59,104 nucleotides of DNA from a virus. Below are positions 1-10,510 of the stretch, piece after piece. The DNA lies in UHGV virus genome UHGV-0025827; one strand, given 5' to 3'. How positions within the stretch are numbered: position 1 is the stretch's first letter; the number at the start of each line of letters is the position of its first letter. A program made the translations under genes and the position numbers. The notes beneath the pieces are model-generated. The model had not been told where the DNA came from. It searched no databases and saw only the letters and a list, made by a program, of their open reading frames with translations.

Positions 1-2
1 CG

Positions 3-158
3 CAGCCGGAGAACGGGGAGTACGGGTTCATCAACCCGGACCCGATGCGGATTAACACTCAGGTGGAGGGATACGGTAACCCGTTCACACCGTACACCAG
101 CAACAACTCAATCACTAGCGTAGTCGGCTCGCAGCAGCCGTCATCGTCAGGGGGCTAA
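3..158 (+). CDS. C-terminal end of an upstream late gene (partial at window edge)
   Basis: Open frame 3 from the window start to TAA at 156-158; adjacent to the downstream ATG at 160. Confidence 0.4.
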   Translation, partial: QPENGEYGFINPDPMRINTQVEGYGNPFTPYTSNNSITSVVGSQQPSSSGG

Positions 159-159
159 T

Positions 160-1023
160 ATGATTTTCGTACCAGTGGATTTATTCTCGCCGTATGTCAA
201 AGGCCGGGAGATGGCCATTGACCGCAACTGGAATGACCTCAATCAGTCGAACCAGGTAGAGCAGGGCTGGCTGAACAACGACGCACGTCAGCTGAACAAC
301 TGGTTCGCTGAAGATACCTACGGTGACCGTCTGTCGTCTTCCAATGCGCGTGGCCGCATCGACCAGAACAGCGCGACAGGCTCTGACCTGAACACGCAGA
401 TCGCCGTGGCTGGACAGCCTGGTGCGCTGGCGCAGGCCACGATGGCGTCGGACTACCAGCAGGCACTGCGTGACGCTACGCAGCCATACGTGGCTCCGAT
501 GGCGGGCAACAATGCGCTGTTCACCTACGGGCAGTCCGTTGACCGTGCCGCCCAGGGGAACGCAGCTATCGCCACCGCGCCGCAGTTCCGTACCGCGACA
601 GCGAACAACAACGTGGCGGCAGCTAACCTTCAGGGTCAGGTTATCCAGAACAACGCAGACTTGCTGCCACTCCAGCAGAACGTGCAGCGTGGGAACCTTC
701 AGCTACAGCAGGTGGTCAATGATCAACTCCAGCAGAACCCGCAGGTCTTGTTCCCGCAGACGCCAGCAGTTCCGGCAGCGACAGCAGGAGCACCAGCAGC
801 ATCCGGTGTACCAACTGGTAACACAGACTCCCAGGTTTATTCCCTGGCCGCACAGTTACCGCCTGGCCGTACTGTTCAGCTGAACATCGGTGGCGCACAG
901 GTCAATGCTGGCCGTGACAACAATGGCGTGTTCGTAGTGGAGAACGGGCAGAAGCGCTATGTCTCGCCCACCAGCACTACCACGACCACCAACACCACCT
1001 TTAGCTTCGGGGGTCTGAAGTAA
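160..1023 (+). CDS. Q/N-rich structural protein (hypothetical, probably tail or virion)
   Basis: 287-aa ORF; Gln/Asn/Thr-rich with a poly-Thr tail; precedes virion protein genes in the same orientation; stop overlaps the next start (TAATG). Confidence 0.6.
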   Translation: MIFVPVDLFSPYVKGREMAIDRNWNDLNQSNQVEQGWLNNDARQLNNWFAEDTYGDRLSSSNARGRIDQNSATGSDLNTQIAVAGQPGALAQATMASDYQQALRDATQPYVAPMAGNNALFTYGQSVDRAAQGNAAIATAPQFRTATANNNVAAANLQGQVIQNNADLLPLQQNVQRGNLQLQQVVNDQLQQNPQVLFPQTPAVPAATAGAPAASGVPTGNTDSQVYSLAAQLPPGRTVQLNIGGAQVNAGRDNNGVFVVENGQKRYVSPTSTTTTTNTTFSFGGLK

Positions 1024-1733
1024 TGGCCGACAAAGTAAACTACGATGCCCTGCGGACAAACCCGCAGGTGCAGGAGTTCCTGGGCCTGCTCAAGCAATCC
1101 GAGGGCACGGCTGGCAAGGGTGATAACGGGTACAACGTAGGCTTTGGCGGTAACCTGTTCTCCAGCTATAACGACCACCCGCGCCAGCGCAAGACGTTCC
1201 GGCAGACCGATGGCCGTAGCAATGTGACCACCGCAGCTGGCGCGTATCAGTTCCTCGGAAGCACCTGGGACGATGTGTCGAAGTCGCTCGGCCTAAAGGA
1301 CTTCAGCCCAGCGAACCAGGACAAGGCAGCTATCGAGCTTATCCGCCGTGGTGGCGCTCTGGACAACGTACTGACCGGAGACTTCCAGGGTGCGATCAAT
1401 AAGCTCGGCTCTACCTGGGCGAGCCTGCCCAGCTCACCCTACGCGCAGCCGAAAAGAACTATGAATGAGCTACTAGGTGGTGGTACTATGCCAACACAGA
1501 CTGTCTACAAGGATGGCCAGCAAATGGTCGCCGTACCGGAGACAGCCGGGGAACGCGAAAGCATGATGGCGTTCGACATGGCAGGGCACGACAACGCAAC
1601 GCAGTCTATGTTGACCAGCGCCCTGGCCAGAATCACCGAAGCACGGAACTCGCTGGTGACCGACGCCCCACTGTTCGAAGCGTACCCATCTGACCTGGAC
1701 AACCAGCTACTGGAATTGATTGATAGGGCATAA
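1023..1733 (+). CDS. virion-associated lysozyme-like / peptidoglycan hydrolase candidate
   Basis: 236 aa; motif SEGTAGKGDNGYNVGFGG...GAYQF..STW resembles the EGG...GG..G catalytic region of phage muramidases; lies immediately upstream of the giant virion protein. Confidence 0.5.
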   Translation: MADKVNYDALRTNPQVQEFLGLLKQSEGTAGKGDNGYNVGFGGNLFSSYNDHPRQRKTFRQTDGRSNVTTAAGAYQFLGSTWDDVSKSLGLKDFSPANQDKAAIELIRRGGALDNVLTGDFQGAINKLGSTWASLPSSPYAQPKRTMNELLGGGTMPTQTVYKDGQQMVAVPETAGERESMMAFDMAGHDNATQSMLTSALARITEARNSLVTDAPLFEAYPSDLDNQLLELIDRA

Positions 1734-1737
1734 TGTT

Positions 1738-4700
1738 ATGGCGAAAGCTCCTAACCTTTTCGGGCCAGCAGACTTCACGGGCGGTAATGCCGCCCCGATT
1801 GACGACCTGTTTGCCACACCAAAAACGGCCACTCCATCGACGGGTGGCCTTTCCGCATCTACGTCCGTGTCGCAGCGCATCATCAACCGGGCGACGACAC
1901 CGAAGCAGCCTACTCAAAAGCAACTCAAAGCACAGGCTGAAGCAGACCGTCAACGTCAGGTAGAGAGCGTGCGGCAGCAACTGCTCCAGATGCAGCAGTC
2001 ACCAGAGTGGGCAGGCGCTTCGCTTGACCGCCGCCGTGACCTGTACAGCAAATGGAAGGAGCAGAAATGGGACCCAATGCTCCGCTCTATTCAGGACAGC
2101 GATTTGCAGGAGGCACTGAGTATCCTCCCGGCTGAGACACTGAACGCGGACATTAAGAACCTGGAGCGTTCCATCTCCGACGCCAGCCGTCTGTCCGATA
2201 CCTGGCAGGGCGTGAAGGCGAACGCGCTCCAGACTGCACAAGGCATCGGTGACTATGCGCCTGCGGCGATTGACCAGGCTCGGATTGAGAACCTGCGCAA
2301 CATGCTGGCGATGGATGGCAAGCCGCTGGTGCTGGGCGGTGTCCCGCAGATGAATAGCGACGGCACACCGTTCATCCAGAAGTTCACGCCGGAACAGCGT
2401 GCAGAAGTCGAGGCGCAGATTGCCGAGCTGACTGGCTCCCGTAACGAGCAGATGAAGCAGGCAGCAGAGACGCAGAAAGATATCGACGCTATCCGCAACC
2501 AGCAGTCCATCGGCCAGATTGACCGTGACCGCGAGTTGCAGGAAGACATTGGTAACTACGGCGGCTTCGGCGGTACGATGCTCAACGCGCTGGCGCACCC
2601 ATCCAACGCACTCCAGCTGGCCACGGAACAGCTACCGAACGCAGGCGCTGCTATCGCGGCCACTACCATCGGTGGTCTGACTGGTGGCGCTCCTGGTGCA
2701 GTGGCAGGTGCTCGCCTGTCTGGTGGTCTTCTGTCCGCGCAGGATGCTATGTCCTCCGCTATCCAGCAGGTGCAGCAGATGCCAGCCGAACAGCTGGTGG
2801 CGCTGGACTCATACAAGCAGCTGGTGGCCCAGGGGCTTAACCCGGACCAGGCGCGTGACGAGCTGGCGCTCCGTGCTGGCTTCGACGCAGCCGGACTCGG
2901 CGCAGTGGTCGGTACTGTCACTGGTGGCCTGGGTGCTGAAGCTGGCCTGGGGCAGTCACTGTCCGCCATCCTCACCCGCGAGGCTGGCCCGGAAGCAGCG
3001 AGCAGTCTGCTGCGCACTGCCGCCCGTCAGTTACCAACCTTTGCCCGCGAGCTGGGTGTCGAAGGTCTGGAGGAAGGCGGCACACAACTGGTGGCCAACG
3101 TCGCACAGAACCGCCAGACCGGGAGCAACGTCGATATCCTCAACGATGTGGGCGAGTCCGCAGCGCAGGGTATCATCGCGTCCGCGCCTATCTCTGGCGT
3201 TACCGTAGCGCAGGAGACTTACCGTGCAGGAAGAAACAACGCCGCGCCTGCCGACGCCGGGGGAACTCCTGGTGTCAGTGGAGCGCCTAATGCTGACCAG
3301 AACACTGTCGCCCAGCCAGCTACAGGAGGTATTGACAATGAAGGAACGATCACCGTCCCGGATGCCACGCAAGCAGCCACCGCTGAACAGCCGTCAGCCG
3401 CGCCGGAAGCACCCGCCGAAGGTCAGCCCGCTGATACCAGTTCGCCAACTTCAGCGTTAGCGCAGCTGCGTCCTGTCTTCCAGGACATTAACAGCCGTGC
3501 GGGCCAGGCGTTCGAGGCTACCGAAGCCAACGCGTTCATCGACCAGCTCATCGCAGCTGAAGATAACGGTGCGCCCCGTAATGTTATTGAGAACGCACTG
3601 ACCAACATCACCCGCGTCGTGCCACCGGGCCTGGGCTACACCAGCATCCTGGATGGGTACAACCAGCGCCGCGCAGCCCGTGGCGAAGCAGCCGTGGATG
3701 AGATGGCCAGCGCGATTGTGACCAACGAGGAAGTCAACAATGGCACAACAGAACCTGTCACCGAAGCTGATAGCGGAAGCGCTGCAACTGTCGCTGACGT
3801 CAATAGCGCAATGGAAACCGCTACCGCAGCAAGCGAACCAGCTGCCACCACAGTACCTGAAGCTGCTCAGTCAGTTAGTGCAGAGCCTGAAGTCGCAGGG
3901 GTTAGCCGGACCGAGGGCGACAGTGCCGCAGAGAATGGCAGCACTACGCCAGCAGCTGAAACAGTGGGGGCTATTGACCGGGCCATCACAGCCGACAGCC
4001 GACCAGATAATCAGCCAGTATCCGACACAAGCGCGGCAGTCAGTGTTAGCGAACGAGTCGAACCTGGTGAGGCAAGACCGGGGCCAGCAGATGGTCGGAG
4101 CACAGACAGCGCTGCGGTTAGCGAGACGGGGCGTAACACTCGCGTAGGCGATACCGTTACCTATCAAGTCCCGGTGTTCGGGAACCACTTCACTGGTACG
4201 GTGACCTCCGTTAACCCGTCGCGTGCCACCTTCAGCATCCGCACTGACAGTGGCAACACGTTCGAGAACATCCCTATGGCCAACATCCGCCAGGAGCCGC
4301 TGACCGATTCGTTCGGCGACACTGACGTGCAGGCAGAGATGGCTCGTGACGACAACGCCGACGCGCTGGCGCGGGTGAACCAGGCTGTGGCCGATGGTCG
4401 TATGACCGCCGAGCAGGCAGAACGGCTGACACAGAACGCTATGCGCGAAGTCGAGCGTACCAATGACCGCTCCGCTGCTGGCGACTACATCACCGAACGG
4501 CTGAACCGCCTGGATGGCATCCTGCCAGAACGTCCGCAGGACTCCAGTACGATCACCCCCGGTGGTCGCGACATGCCTGCGCTGCGCGGTACTGCGTATG
4601 AAGCGCTGGGTTCGAAAGACCCTGCGTTGTTCCAGGCTGCGAGTGAGCTGACCAAGGCGCTGGTGAACAATGACCCGGTGGCCGCAGACAACGCGGCGCA

Positions 4701-7700
4701 GATTCTGGAGCAGGCAGGGTTCAACCGCGCCAGCCCAATCTACCAGGCACAGCCAGTGGCCAACCACGAGCAGGAACAGCTGGGCGTCACCAGTGCCCCT
4801 GGCCCTGCGGATGCGGCTATCATCCGTGACGCTGAAGCGAACACCACGCCGTCCGGGTACAATGCAGAGAACCTGGCAGCTCGTGCTGACCGCCTGGCAG
4901 AGAGTGACAGCGAGCACGCCTTCACTGGCATGGAGCTGTCCCAGGCGCTGGAGGATGGAGACTTTGTTAAGGCCGACGAGCTGGCACAGTATCTGTTCGA
5001 GCAGGGTTTGCGTCAGTTCCGTCCGCCGCAGCAGAGCACCGGACGCGCCGCCCGCACAATCGACGATGTGTTCCTGAACGAGCTGGAGCCTGCCGAACGT
5101 CTGGCGTTGCAGCGCGAGTACGCCGACATGGCTGACACACTGCCGCCTGAAGCAGATAGCTTCGCTGCATTCCGTGACACCGCCGTGCAGGACCAGCTGC
5201 TCATGAACGCTGGCGAGGCACCGAACTCCGACATTATGTTGCGCATGTCTAAGTTTGGCCGTGCGATCATCCAGAAGCTGGCACGGGCACTGGCCATCGT
5301 CCTGGCGGCAATCACCACCAACAACATGGTGCCTGTCAATGACGCGGTAGCTGCCACTGGCCAGGGCTATGTCCAGACGGTACAGCAGGTGCAGGGCTTG
5401 AGCCGTCCGGCCAGCGCTGTGAACTCCTGGGTACAGCAGAGCAAGGATAACGCAGGCCGTCCGTACATCATCGCTGACAAGCAGTCCGGCGAGATTCACA
5501 TCGTCGGTGCAGACGGCCAGGTGAAAGCCACGGCTCCTGCGCTGTATGGCCGCAAGATAGGCGATGGCATGACCATCGGTGAAACCCCTGCTGGTATCTT
5601 CACAATCCACCAGGAGGCCGCTCCTGCATCCTACGGCGGTGACCTGCAACAGTTCGCCACTGCACCGGACGGCGACGTGTACGCCATCCACCGTGTGCTG
5701 ACGAACAACAAACAGGACCGTCCTGGTCGCCTGGCCAGCCCGACTGCGGAAGACAACCGTATCAGCCTGGGCTGCATCAACATCCCGGCTGACCTCTACA
5801 ACAAGTACCTGTCCGGTAAGTTCGACGGTAAGCTCTATGTGCTGCCTGACCAGCGCAGCCTGGGTGACGTGTTCAAAGGTGTCGACGAGCAACGTGCGCA
5901 GCAGAACCTGACGCCGAGTGAGCAGATGCCAGAGAAGTTCGACTCCCCTGACGCGACGCAGTACCAGTCGAGCACCAGCACCATCGCCCCTGGCGACTTC
6001 CACGACACTGGCAGTAATGTTATGGACACTGGTGCGGCGGTGACCGAGGAAGCGCAGAACGGCGACATGTCTACGGCGACGGCGTTCACTGCCGCCCAGG
6101 GCAACGACCCGGCTGACAGCGGTATTGTCTATGCGGCGGCACTGCCATTCTTAGCGTTTGGCCGCAACCAGCGCCGTTCGCAGAAAGGCAAGAAGAACCA
6201 GTCTCCTGACCAGACGCTGGACCCGAACGCCACGCCACGCAGTGTGTCCGATAAGGACTACCACTCCGTTGACGCCGTGCTCGGTAAGCAGCAGTCAGCA
6301 GTGAATGACCAGCCTGCCCACAACGCATCACGCCTGGGCGACTGGACTGGCAAGCTGGCGCAGAAGCTGTCGGACTCCCAGCACGCGTTCATCTCCTGGA
6401 TGGATGACACTGGCCTCGTCCCTGCGAACGGCGAGCACGATGCACACGCTGCTATCTACGCGCTGAAGTCGCAGAACAACCGTATGCGCCAGCGCAACGA
6501 GGCACTGACGCAGCAGTACATGATGCCAATCTTCAACCACATCGTGTCTGTGGCCCAGCGTCTTGGCCGCAGCCCGGACCAGGTTGGGCTGGAGATGGGT
6601 TCATGGCAGACCTTCCGTCACATCCCGGAAGCGAACCGTGCCCTGCGCCAGAACCTGGAGAATGACCTGAACAACATCATCCTCACCGGGACCGAAGCAG
6701 AAGTGCAGGCCGCGCAGACTAAGCTGGCCACGTTCGACCAGGTGCAGAACGGCCAGGCAGATATCGGCGAGCTGCGTAAGGTAGGCGTGGGTGGTCTGGC
6801 TGGTGGCCTGACCGATGCCCAGGCACGAGCTGGTATCCAGAAGGTCGAAGCACTCGGCTACCGCCCGGAAGACCTGGCAGAGTTCCGTCGCCTCACCCGC
6901 GCCACCGTTGACGGTCTGGTGCAGGAGCGTGTGCGTAACGGCACGCTGCTCCAGGAGGAAGTTGACCAGTGGAACGCGCACGGCTTTAACGACTACGTGC
7001 CGCTGTACGTGAACCACGAACGCCAGGACGCAGGCAATGACGTGTACCTGGGCACCAGCAACTTCAACCCGGCTGGCGACTACACCCGTAATGGTTCTGT
7101 CACTCGCGCCAGCCACGCTATGATTACGTTGCAGCAGATGCTGTACCGGACGGCGGCAGGGATTGAGTCAATGCCATTTAAAGAGCAGCTGCACGCCATG
7201 TACCTGAATGACCGCCCAGCTGGTCTTCAGCGTGTGAACCTGGCTGACGCTCGCATGAACCCGCGCAGCGCTGTGTTCAACCAGGAAATCTACGACAAGC
7301 GTGGCTTCACCTACACCGTGCGCGGCGTGGATGAGAACCAGCAGCCGACCATTACCCGGTACAAGTATTACTTCGACGACGATGCGATCTCCCAGGGCAT
7401 CTTCGACAACCATGCAGAGCCGGACTGGAAAGTGGTCAAGCTGTTGAGCGGCGCGACTGCTGGCTTTGGCCGACTGCTGACGAAGTACAACCCACTGTTC
7501 CCGGTCAAGACCTGGTGGCGCGATGCTGGCGAACGTCGCCGCACACTGGCATCCCGTAAGATTACGGACTCCCAGGGCAACGTCATCCCGCTGCGCAAGC
7601 TGTACACGGGTATGATGGCCTCGCTCTACAACCCGGTACATGTGGCTAACCTCGGTGCTTATCTCATGACAGGGGGCCGCGCAGACACGCCTACGGTGCG

Positions 7701-9141
7701 TGCGTACCAGGAGCTGCAACGCCTGGGTGGTGTGTCCACTTACCAGCACGCGCTGGCGAAGTCTGTCACAGACATGCGCTCCACGCTGAAGTCCATGACC
7801 GGACTGCGCAAACACGCTAAGTCACTGGACCGCTTCTTCACCCACTGGAACGAGATGTGGGCGGCGGCTCCTGCGGTGGCTGGCTACATGGCGCTGCGGA
7901 ACATGGACGTGCCTGCCGACCAGGCCGCGTTCCGTACCCTGGATGTGATGAACGCCAGCAACAAAGGTGAGTGGCATGGCACGCTGTCTGTGTTCTATCC
8001 GTTCATCGCGCCGACCTTCGAAGGTGGCCGCAACATGCTGCGCAACCTGCGCTCGCGTCGTGGCCAGGCCATCTTCGCAGCGAACGTGGTGAGCAGCATC
8101 GCGCTCTACTCCATGCTCTACTCGCTGGCCAGCTCTATGGCCGGAGACGATGACGACCAGGGCAACCTGCTCGACAACATGAGCATGGATGACCTGTCCA
8201 TGAACATCCCGCTGATTATCGGCAAGAACGATATCATCAAGATTCCGGTAGCGTTCGGTATGTCCCGCGCATCCTGGATGATTGGTGCTGGCCTGCACCG
8301 CCTGTCTCGTGGCGTTGACACCCCAGGCAAAGTGATGGGTTCGACGACACTGGCCATACTGCGCGAGCTTCAACCTATCGAGCTGGAGACGCAGGTCATG
8401 TCCGATAATATTATGGCTGGCCTCACGCTCAGTGCCGCCCCGTCTATCCTGTCTCCGATGCTGGAAGTAGCCATGAACACCAACCACTTCGGTGGCATGA
8501 TTCACAGCAAGGCGGCACGAGAAGGGTTTGCCTCGGACGCTGCCATGTCGAACACGCCGCAGGTGTGGACCGATATCGCTAAGGCGCTGCGCAGCACCAC
8601 TGGCCTGGACACGTACCCGGAGAACATCCGCCATCTGTCCCAGGCATGGCTGGTAGGCCCGATGCGTGGCGTGAGCACCGCGCTGGAGAAAAGCTCGCTG
8701 TACACCACTGGCGGTAAGCTGACCTCCCGTCAGGAGATTGGCCCGGTGTGGGATGCTGTGGGTGTCGCGCAGTTTTGGGACAACGGTAGCCGTGGCGTGT
8801 CGCGCACGTACTGGAAGTACCAGGAGCAGGCAGATGACGTTCTCCGCAAGTATGGCCAGCTGCGTACCAAAGAAGGGACGAAGCCAGGCGATGCTGCGAC
8901 AGCTGCGTACCGCCGCGTTCTGGTAGCTGGTGGTTCCCCGCAGGAAGCTCTGCTGGTACAGTATGCTATCGAAGCAGACAAGGCTCGCGAGAAAGCGAAC
9001 CGTGAGCTGAAGGCCAGCGTGAAGGACTACAAACAGAAAGACCTTAGCCTGGAGCTGCTGAGTCCTAAGTACGAGCAGCATGTGGAAAGAGAAGAACGGA
9101 TGATGCGCGAGTTCATCCGCAGAGCGAGGGGGCTTAAATGA
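1738..9141 (+). CDS. giant virion protein (tape-measure or internal ejection protein) with an L,D-transpeptidase-like domain
   Basis: Uninterrupted 7.4-kb ORF (2467 aa from ATG 1738; the listed TTG at 1720 is rejected); Ala/Gln-rich helical regions; internal segment ...NRISLGCINIP... resembles a YkuD/L,D-transpeptidase catalytic Cys motif; start ATG is embedded in the motif CATAATGTTATG. Confidence 0.8.
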   Translation: MAKAPNLFGPADFTGGNAAPIDDLFATPKTATPSTGGLSASTSVSQRIINRATTPKQPTQKQLKAQAEADRQRQVESVRQQLLQMQQSPEWAGASLDRRRDLYSKWKEQKWDPMLRSIQDSDLQEALSILPAETLNADIKNLERSISDASRLSDTWQGVKANALQTAQGIGDYAPAAIDQARIENLRNMLAMDGKPLVLGGVPQMNSDGTPFIQKFTPEQRAEVEAQIAELTGSRNEQMKQAAETQKDIDAIRNQQSIGQIDRDRELQEDIGNYGGFGGTMLNALAHPSNALQLATEQLPNAGAAIAATTIGGLTGGAPGAVAGARLSGGLLSAQDAMSSAIQQVQQMPAEQLVALDSYKQLVAQGLNPDQARDELALRAGFDAAGLGAVVGTVTGGLGAEAGLGQSLSAILTREAGPEAASSLLRTAARQLPTFARELGVEGLEEGGTQLVANVAQNRQTGSNVDILNDVGESAAQGIIASAPISGVTVAQETYRAGRNNAAPADAGGTPGVSGAPNADQNTVAQPATGGIDNEGTITVPDATQAATAEQPSAAPEAPAEGQPADTSSPTSALAQLRPVFQDINSRAGQAFEATEANAFIDQLIAAEDNGAPRNVIENALTNITRVVPPGLGYTSILDGYNQRRAARGEAAVDEMASAIVTNEEVNNGTTEPVTEADSGSAATVADVNSAMETATAASEPAATTVPEAAQSVSAEPEVAGVSRTEGDSAAENGSTTPAAETVGAIDRAITADSRPDNQPVSDTSAAVSVSERVEPGEARPGPADGRSTDSAAVSETGRNTRVGDTVTYQVPVFGNHFTGTVTSVNPSRATFSIRTDSGNTFENIPMANIRQEPLTDSFGDTDVQAEMARDDNADALARVNQAVADGRMTAEQAERLTQNAMREVERTNDRSAAGDYITERLNRLDGILPERPQDSSTITPGGRDMPALRGTAYEALGSKDPALFQAASELTKALVNNDPVAADNAAQILEQAGFNRASPIYQAQPVANHEQEQLGVTSAPGPADAAIIRDAEANTTPSGYNAENLAARADRLAESDSEHAFTGMELSQALEDGDFVKADELAQYLFEQGLRQFRPPQQSTGRAARTIDDVFLNELEPAERLALQREYADMADTLPPEADSFAAFRDTAVQDQLLMNAGEAPNSDIMLRMSKFGRAIIQKLARALAIVLAAITTNNMVPVNDAVAATGQGYVQTVQQVQGLSRPASAVNSWVQQSKDNAGRPYIIADKQSGEIHIVGADGQVKATAPALYGRKIGDGMTIGETPAGIFTIHQEAAPASYGGDLQQFATAPDGDVYAIHRVLTNNKQDRPGRLASPTAEDNRISLGCINIPADLYNKYLSGKFDGKLYVLPDQRSLGDVFKGVDEQRAQQNLTPSEQMPEKFDSPDATQYQSSTSTIAPGDFHDTGSNVMDTGAAVTEEAQNGDMSTATAFTAAQGNDPADSGIVYAAALPFLAFGRNQRRSQKGKKNQSPDQTLDPNATPRSVSDKDYHSVDAVLGKQQSAVNDQPAHNASRLGDWTGKLAQKLSDSQHAFISWMDDTGLVPANGEHDAHAAIYALKSQNNRMRQRNEALTQQYMMPIFNHIVSVAQRLGRSPDQVGLEMGSWQTFRHIPEANRALRQNLENDLNNIILTGTEAEVQAAQTKLATFDQVQNGQADIGELRKVGVGGLAGGLTDAQARAGIQKVEALGYRPEDLAEFRRLTRATVDGLVQERVRNGTLLQEEVDQWNAHGFNDYVPLYVNHERQDAGNDVYLGTSNFNPAGDYTRNGSVTRASHAMITLQQMLYRTAAGIESMPFKEQLHAMYLNDRPAGLQRVNLADARMNPRSAVFNQEIYDKRGFTYTVRGVDENQQPTITRYKYYFDDDAISQGIFDNHAEPDWKVVKLLSGATAGFGRLLTKYNPLFPVKTWWRDAGERRRTLASRKITDSQGNVIPLRKLYTGMMASLYNPVHVANLGAYLMTGGRADTPTVRAYQELQRLGGVSTYQHALAKSVTDMRSTLKSMTGLRKHAKSLDRFFTHWNEMWAAAPAVAGYMALRNMDVPADQAAFRTLDVMNASNKGEWHGTLSVFYPFIAPTFEGGRNMLRNLRSRRGQAIFAANVVSSIALYSMLYSLASSMAGDDDDQGNLLDNMSMDDLSMNIPLIIGKNDIIKIPVAFGMSRASWMIGAGLHRLSRGVDTPGKVMGSTTLAILRELQPIELETQVMSDNIMAGLTLSAAPSILSPMLEVAMNTNHFGGMIHSKAAREGFASDAAMSNTPQVWTDIAKALRSTTGLDTYPENIRHLSQAWLVGPMRGVSTALEKSSLYTTGGKLTSRQEIGPVWDAVGVAQFWDNGSRGVSRTYWKYQEQADDVLRKYGQLRTKEGTKPGDAATAAYRRVLVAGGSPQEALLVQYAIEADKAREKANRELKASVKDYKQKDLSLELLSPKYEQHVEREERMMREFIRRARGLK

Positions 9142-9554
9142 TCGTCAGGCTGTGTGAAGACACGCCTAAGCTGGGGCTGCGAATTGTGCAGCCCGGCTGC
9201 TCAGGCAAACAACTCATGGACAGGCACGTTGACCTGGTTATCACCCCAGCCAGCTGCCCGTACCCGGACTACAAAGAACCCTATTGGGAAGACTGCGAAC
9301 TGAAGTGGCGTAGCATGAGGCCGGAAATTCCGGCTTTAACTTATCCAGCGTTCGAGGTTGACGACGATGGGAATGTGGTATTCTACTTTGACTTTAGATT
9401 GTGGAGTCTGCCACCGGGACGTTACCGTGGGCAGGTAATGTTGGAAGGTGTCTGCACGCAGACGTGTTTCGATATCGACCTGTGCAACAGGCCAGTTATC
9501 ATTGACCGTGCTGTTACCGTAGGCATCCCACCATGTGGAGAGTTCGAATGTTAG
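9138..9554 (+). CDS. hypothetical virion protein
   Basis: 138 aa; start overlaps the stop of the giant gene (ATGA); same orientation. Confidence 0.55.
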   Translation: MIVRLCEDTPKLGLRIVQPGCSGKQLMDRHVDLVITPASCPYPDYKEPYWEDCELKWRSMRPEIPALTYPAFEVDDDGNVVFYFDFRLWSLPPGRYRGQVMLEGVCTQTCFDIDLCNRPVIIDRAVTVGIPPCGEFEC

Positions 9555-10141
9555 TGACACCAGTACAGTTCGCTGCATCCCTGAATGCACGACTCGACAA
9601 GGGCGACAGGCAACTGCCGCTCTCATCTTCGGATGAAAGTAAATTGATGGCGGCAGTACCGGATGAAGGGTATACTTACCTGGTACTCCGTGACCCTACA
9701 GGCGCGGAGATTATCAAGGTAGAAAACACCTGCAATACGTTACTCGTCACTCGTGGCGAGGACGGCACAGACCCGCGTAACTTCCCTCGTGGTAGCTGCG
9801 TGCGGTTCGAGATGGTCCCTGCTGTGGTCAAAGATTTAATCTGTACCTATGACTGCTGCGACGGAGACTGTCCTTGCGTTGCAGTAGCAGCAGCTGGCAT
9901 TACGCTGCCTGCGGCGAAGTCCGGTGCGAGCTGGAGTGGTTCTGCCGTATTCACTGGTGACACACCAATGACCATTGCCGTGCAGGGCGCTCCGTCCTGG
10001 GTGAAGGTGGAAGTGGGTGCAAACTTCGTGAACTTTAGCGGGGTTGCTTCTGGCTCTGGCTCGTTCAGCATTTCGGTAGCAGCGACCAACTGCGATGGCC
10101 ATGTGGCCGTGCAGAACGGTATGCTGACTGTGACCGCATAA
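9548..10141 (+). CDS. hypothetical protein, possible Ig-like tail or virion protein
   Basis: ATG 9548 preceded by GGAGAG; Thr/Val/Gly-rich beta-type composition. Confidence 0.5.
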   Translation: MLVTPVQFAASLNARLDKGDRQLPLSSSDESKLMAAVPDEGYTYLVLRDPTGAEIIKVENTCNTLLVTRGEDGTDPRNFPRGSCVRFEMVPAVVKDLICTYDCCDGDCPCVAVAAAGITLPAAKSGASWSGSAVFTGDTPMTIAVQGAPSWVKVEVGANFVNFSGVASGSGSFSISVAATNCDGHVAVQNGMLTVTA

Positions 10142-10150
10142 GGGGGTTAC

Positions 10151-10510
10151 ATGCTGGGACTACTACCGGAGTGGCTGCGTGACAGAGTTGCGGAGCAACT
10201 TGACCGGATAATCCACGTCTCAATGACGTTAACAGTGGCGTTCACGGGAATGAGCTTAGAAGACCTTGTGCTGATTATCCCTGCTCTGGTAAGCGTCTCG
10301 ATCTCCATCCTCGCATGGATAGCGAAAAGAGAAGACCGGAAGCGTCGGATGAAGATTTATCGGCAGGAAGAAGAAAAGCGGACGGAGGCAATGCTGAAGT
10401 ACCTGGACGAAGTGAAGGACAGGCCGTCTGCCAGCACGGCAGTATTGGCCAGCCAGGCAATCAGTAAGGCATCGAAGATGGGAATGGGGGAAGGAGATGA
10501 ACAGGGCTAA
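10151..10510 (+). CDS. membrane protein, putative holin/pinholin
   Basis: 119 aa; one clear TM segment (LIIPALVSVSISILAWIA) followed by a charged C-terminus; AGGGGG RBS; directly upstream of the endolysin. Confidence 0.5.
   Translation: MLGLLPEWLRDRVAEQLDRIIHVSMTLTVAFTGMSLEDLVLIIPALVSVSISILAWIAKREDRKRRMKIYRQEEEKRTEAMLKYLDEVKDRPSASTAVLASQAISKASKMGMGEGDEQG

Noticed and set aside
1720-1737. Listed TTG start (MIGHNVM...) for the giant gene
   Set aside because: The ATG at 1738 follows the upstream stop (1731..1733) and sits in the recurrent ATAATGTTATG start motif. The TTG would overlap the upstream gene.
3871-6003. 710-aa antisense ORF (also 7822..9081, 6601..7116 and others) inside the giant virion gene
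   Set aside because: They lie entirely within a single uninterrupted 7.4-kb sense ORF. Long antisense ORFs are expected in GC-rich coding DNA, and they show no RBS or motif support.
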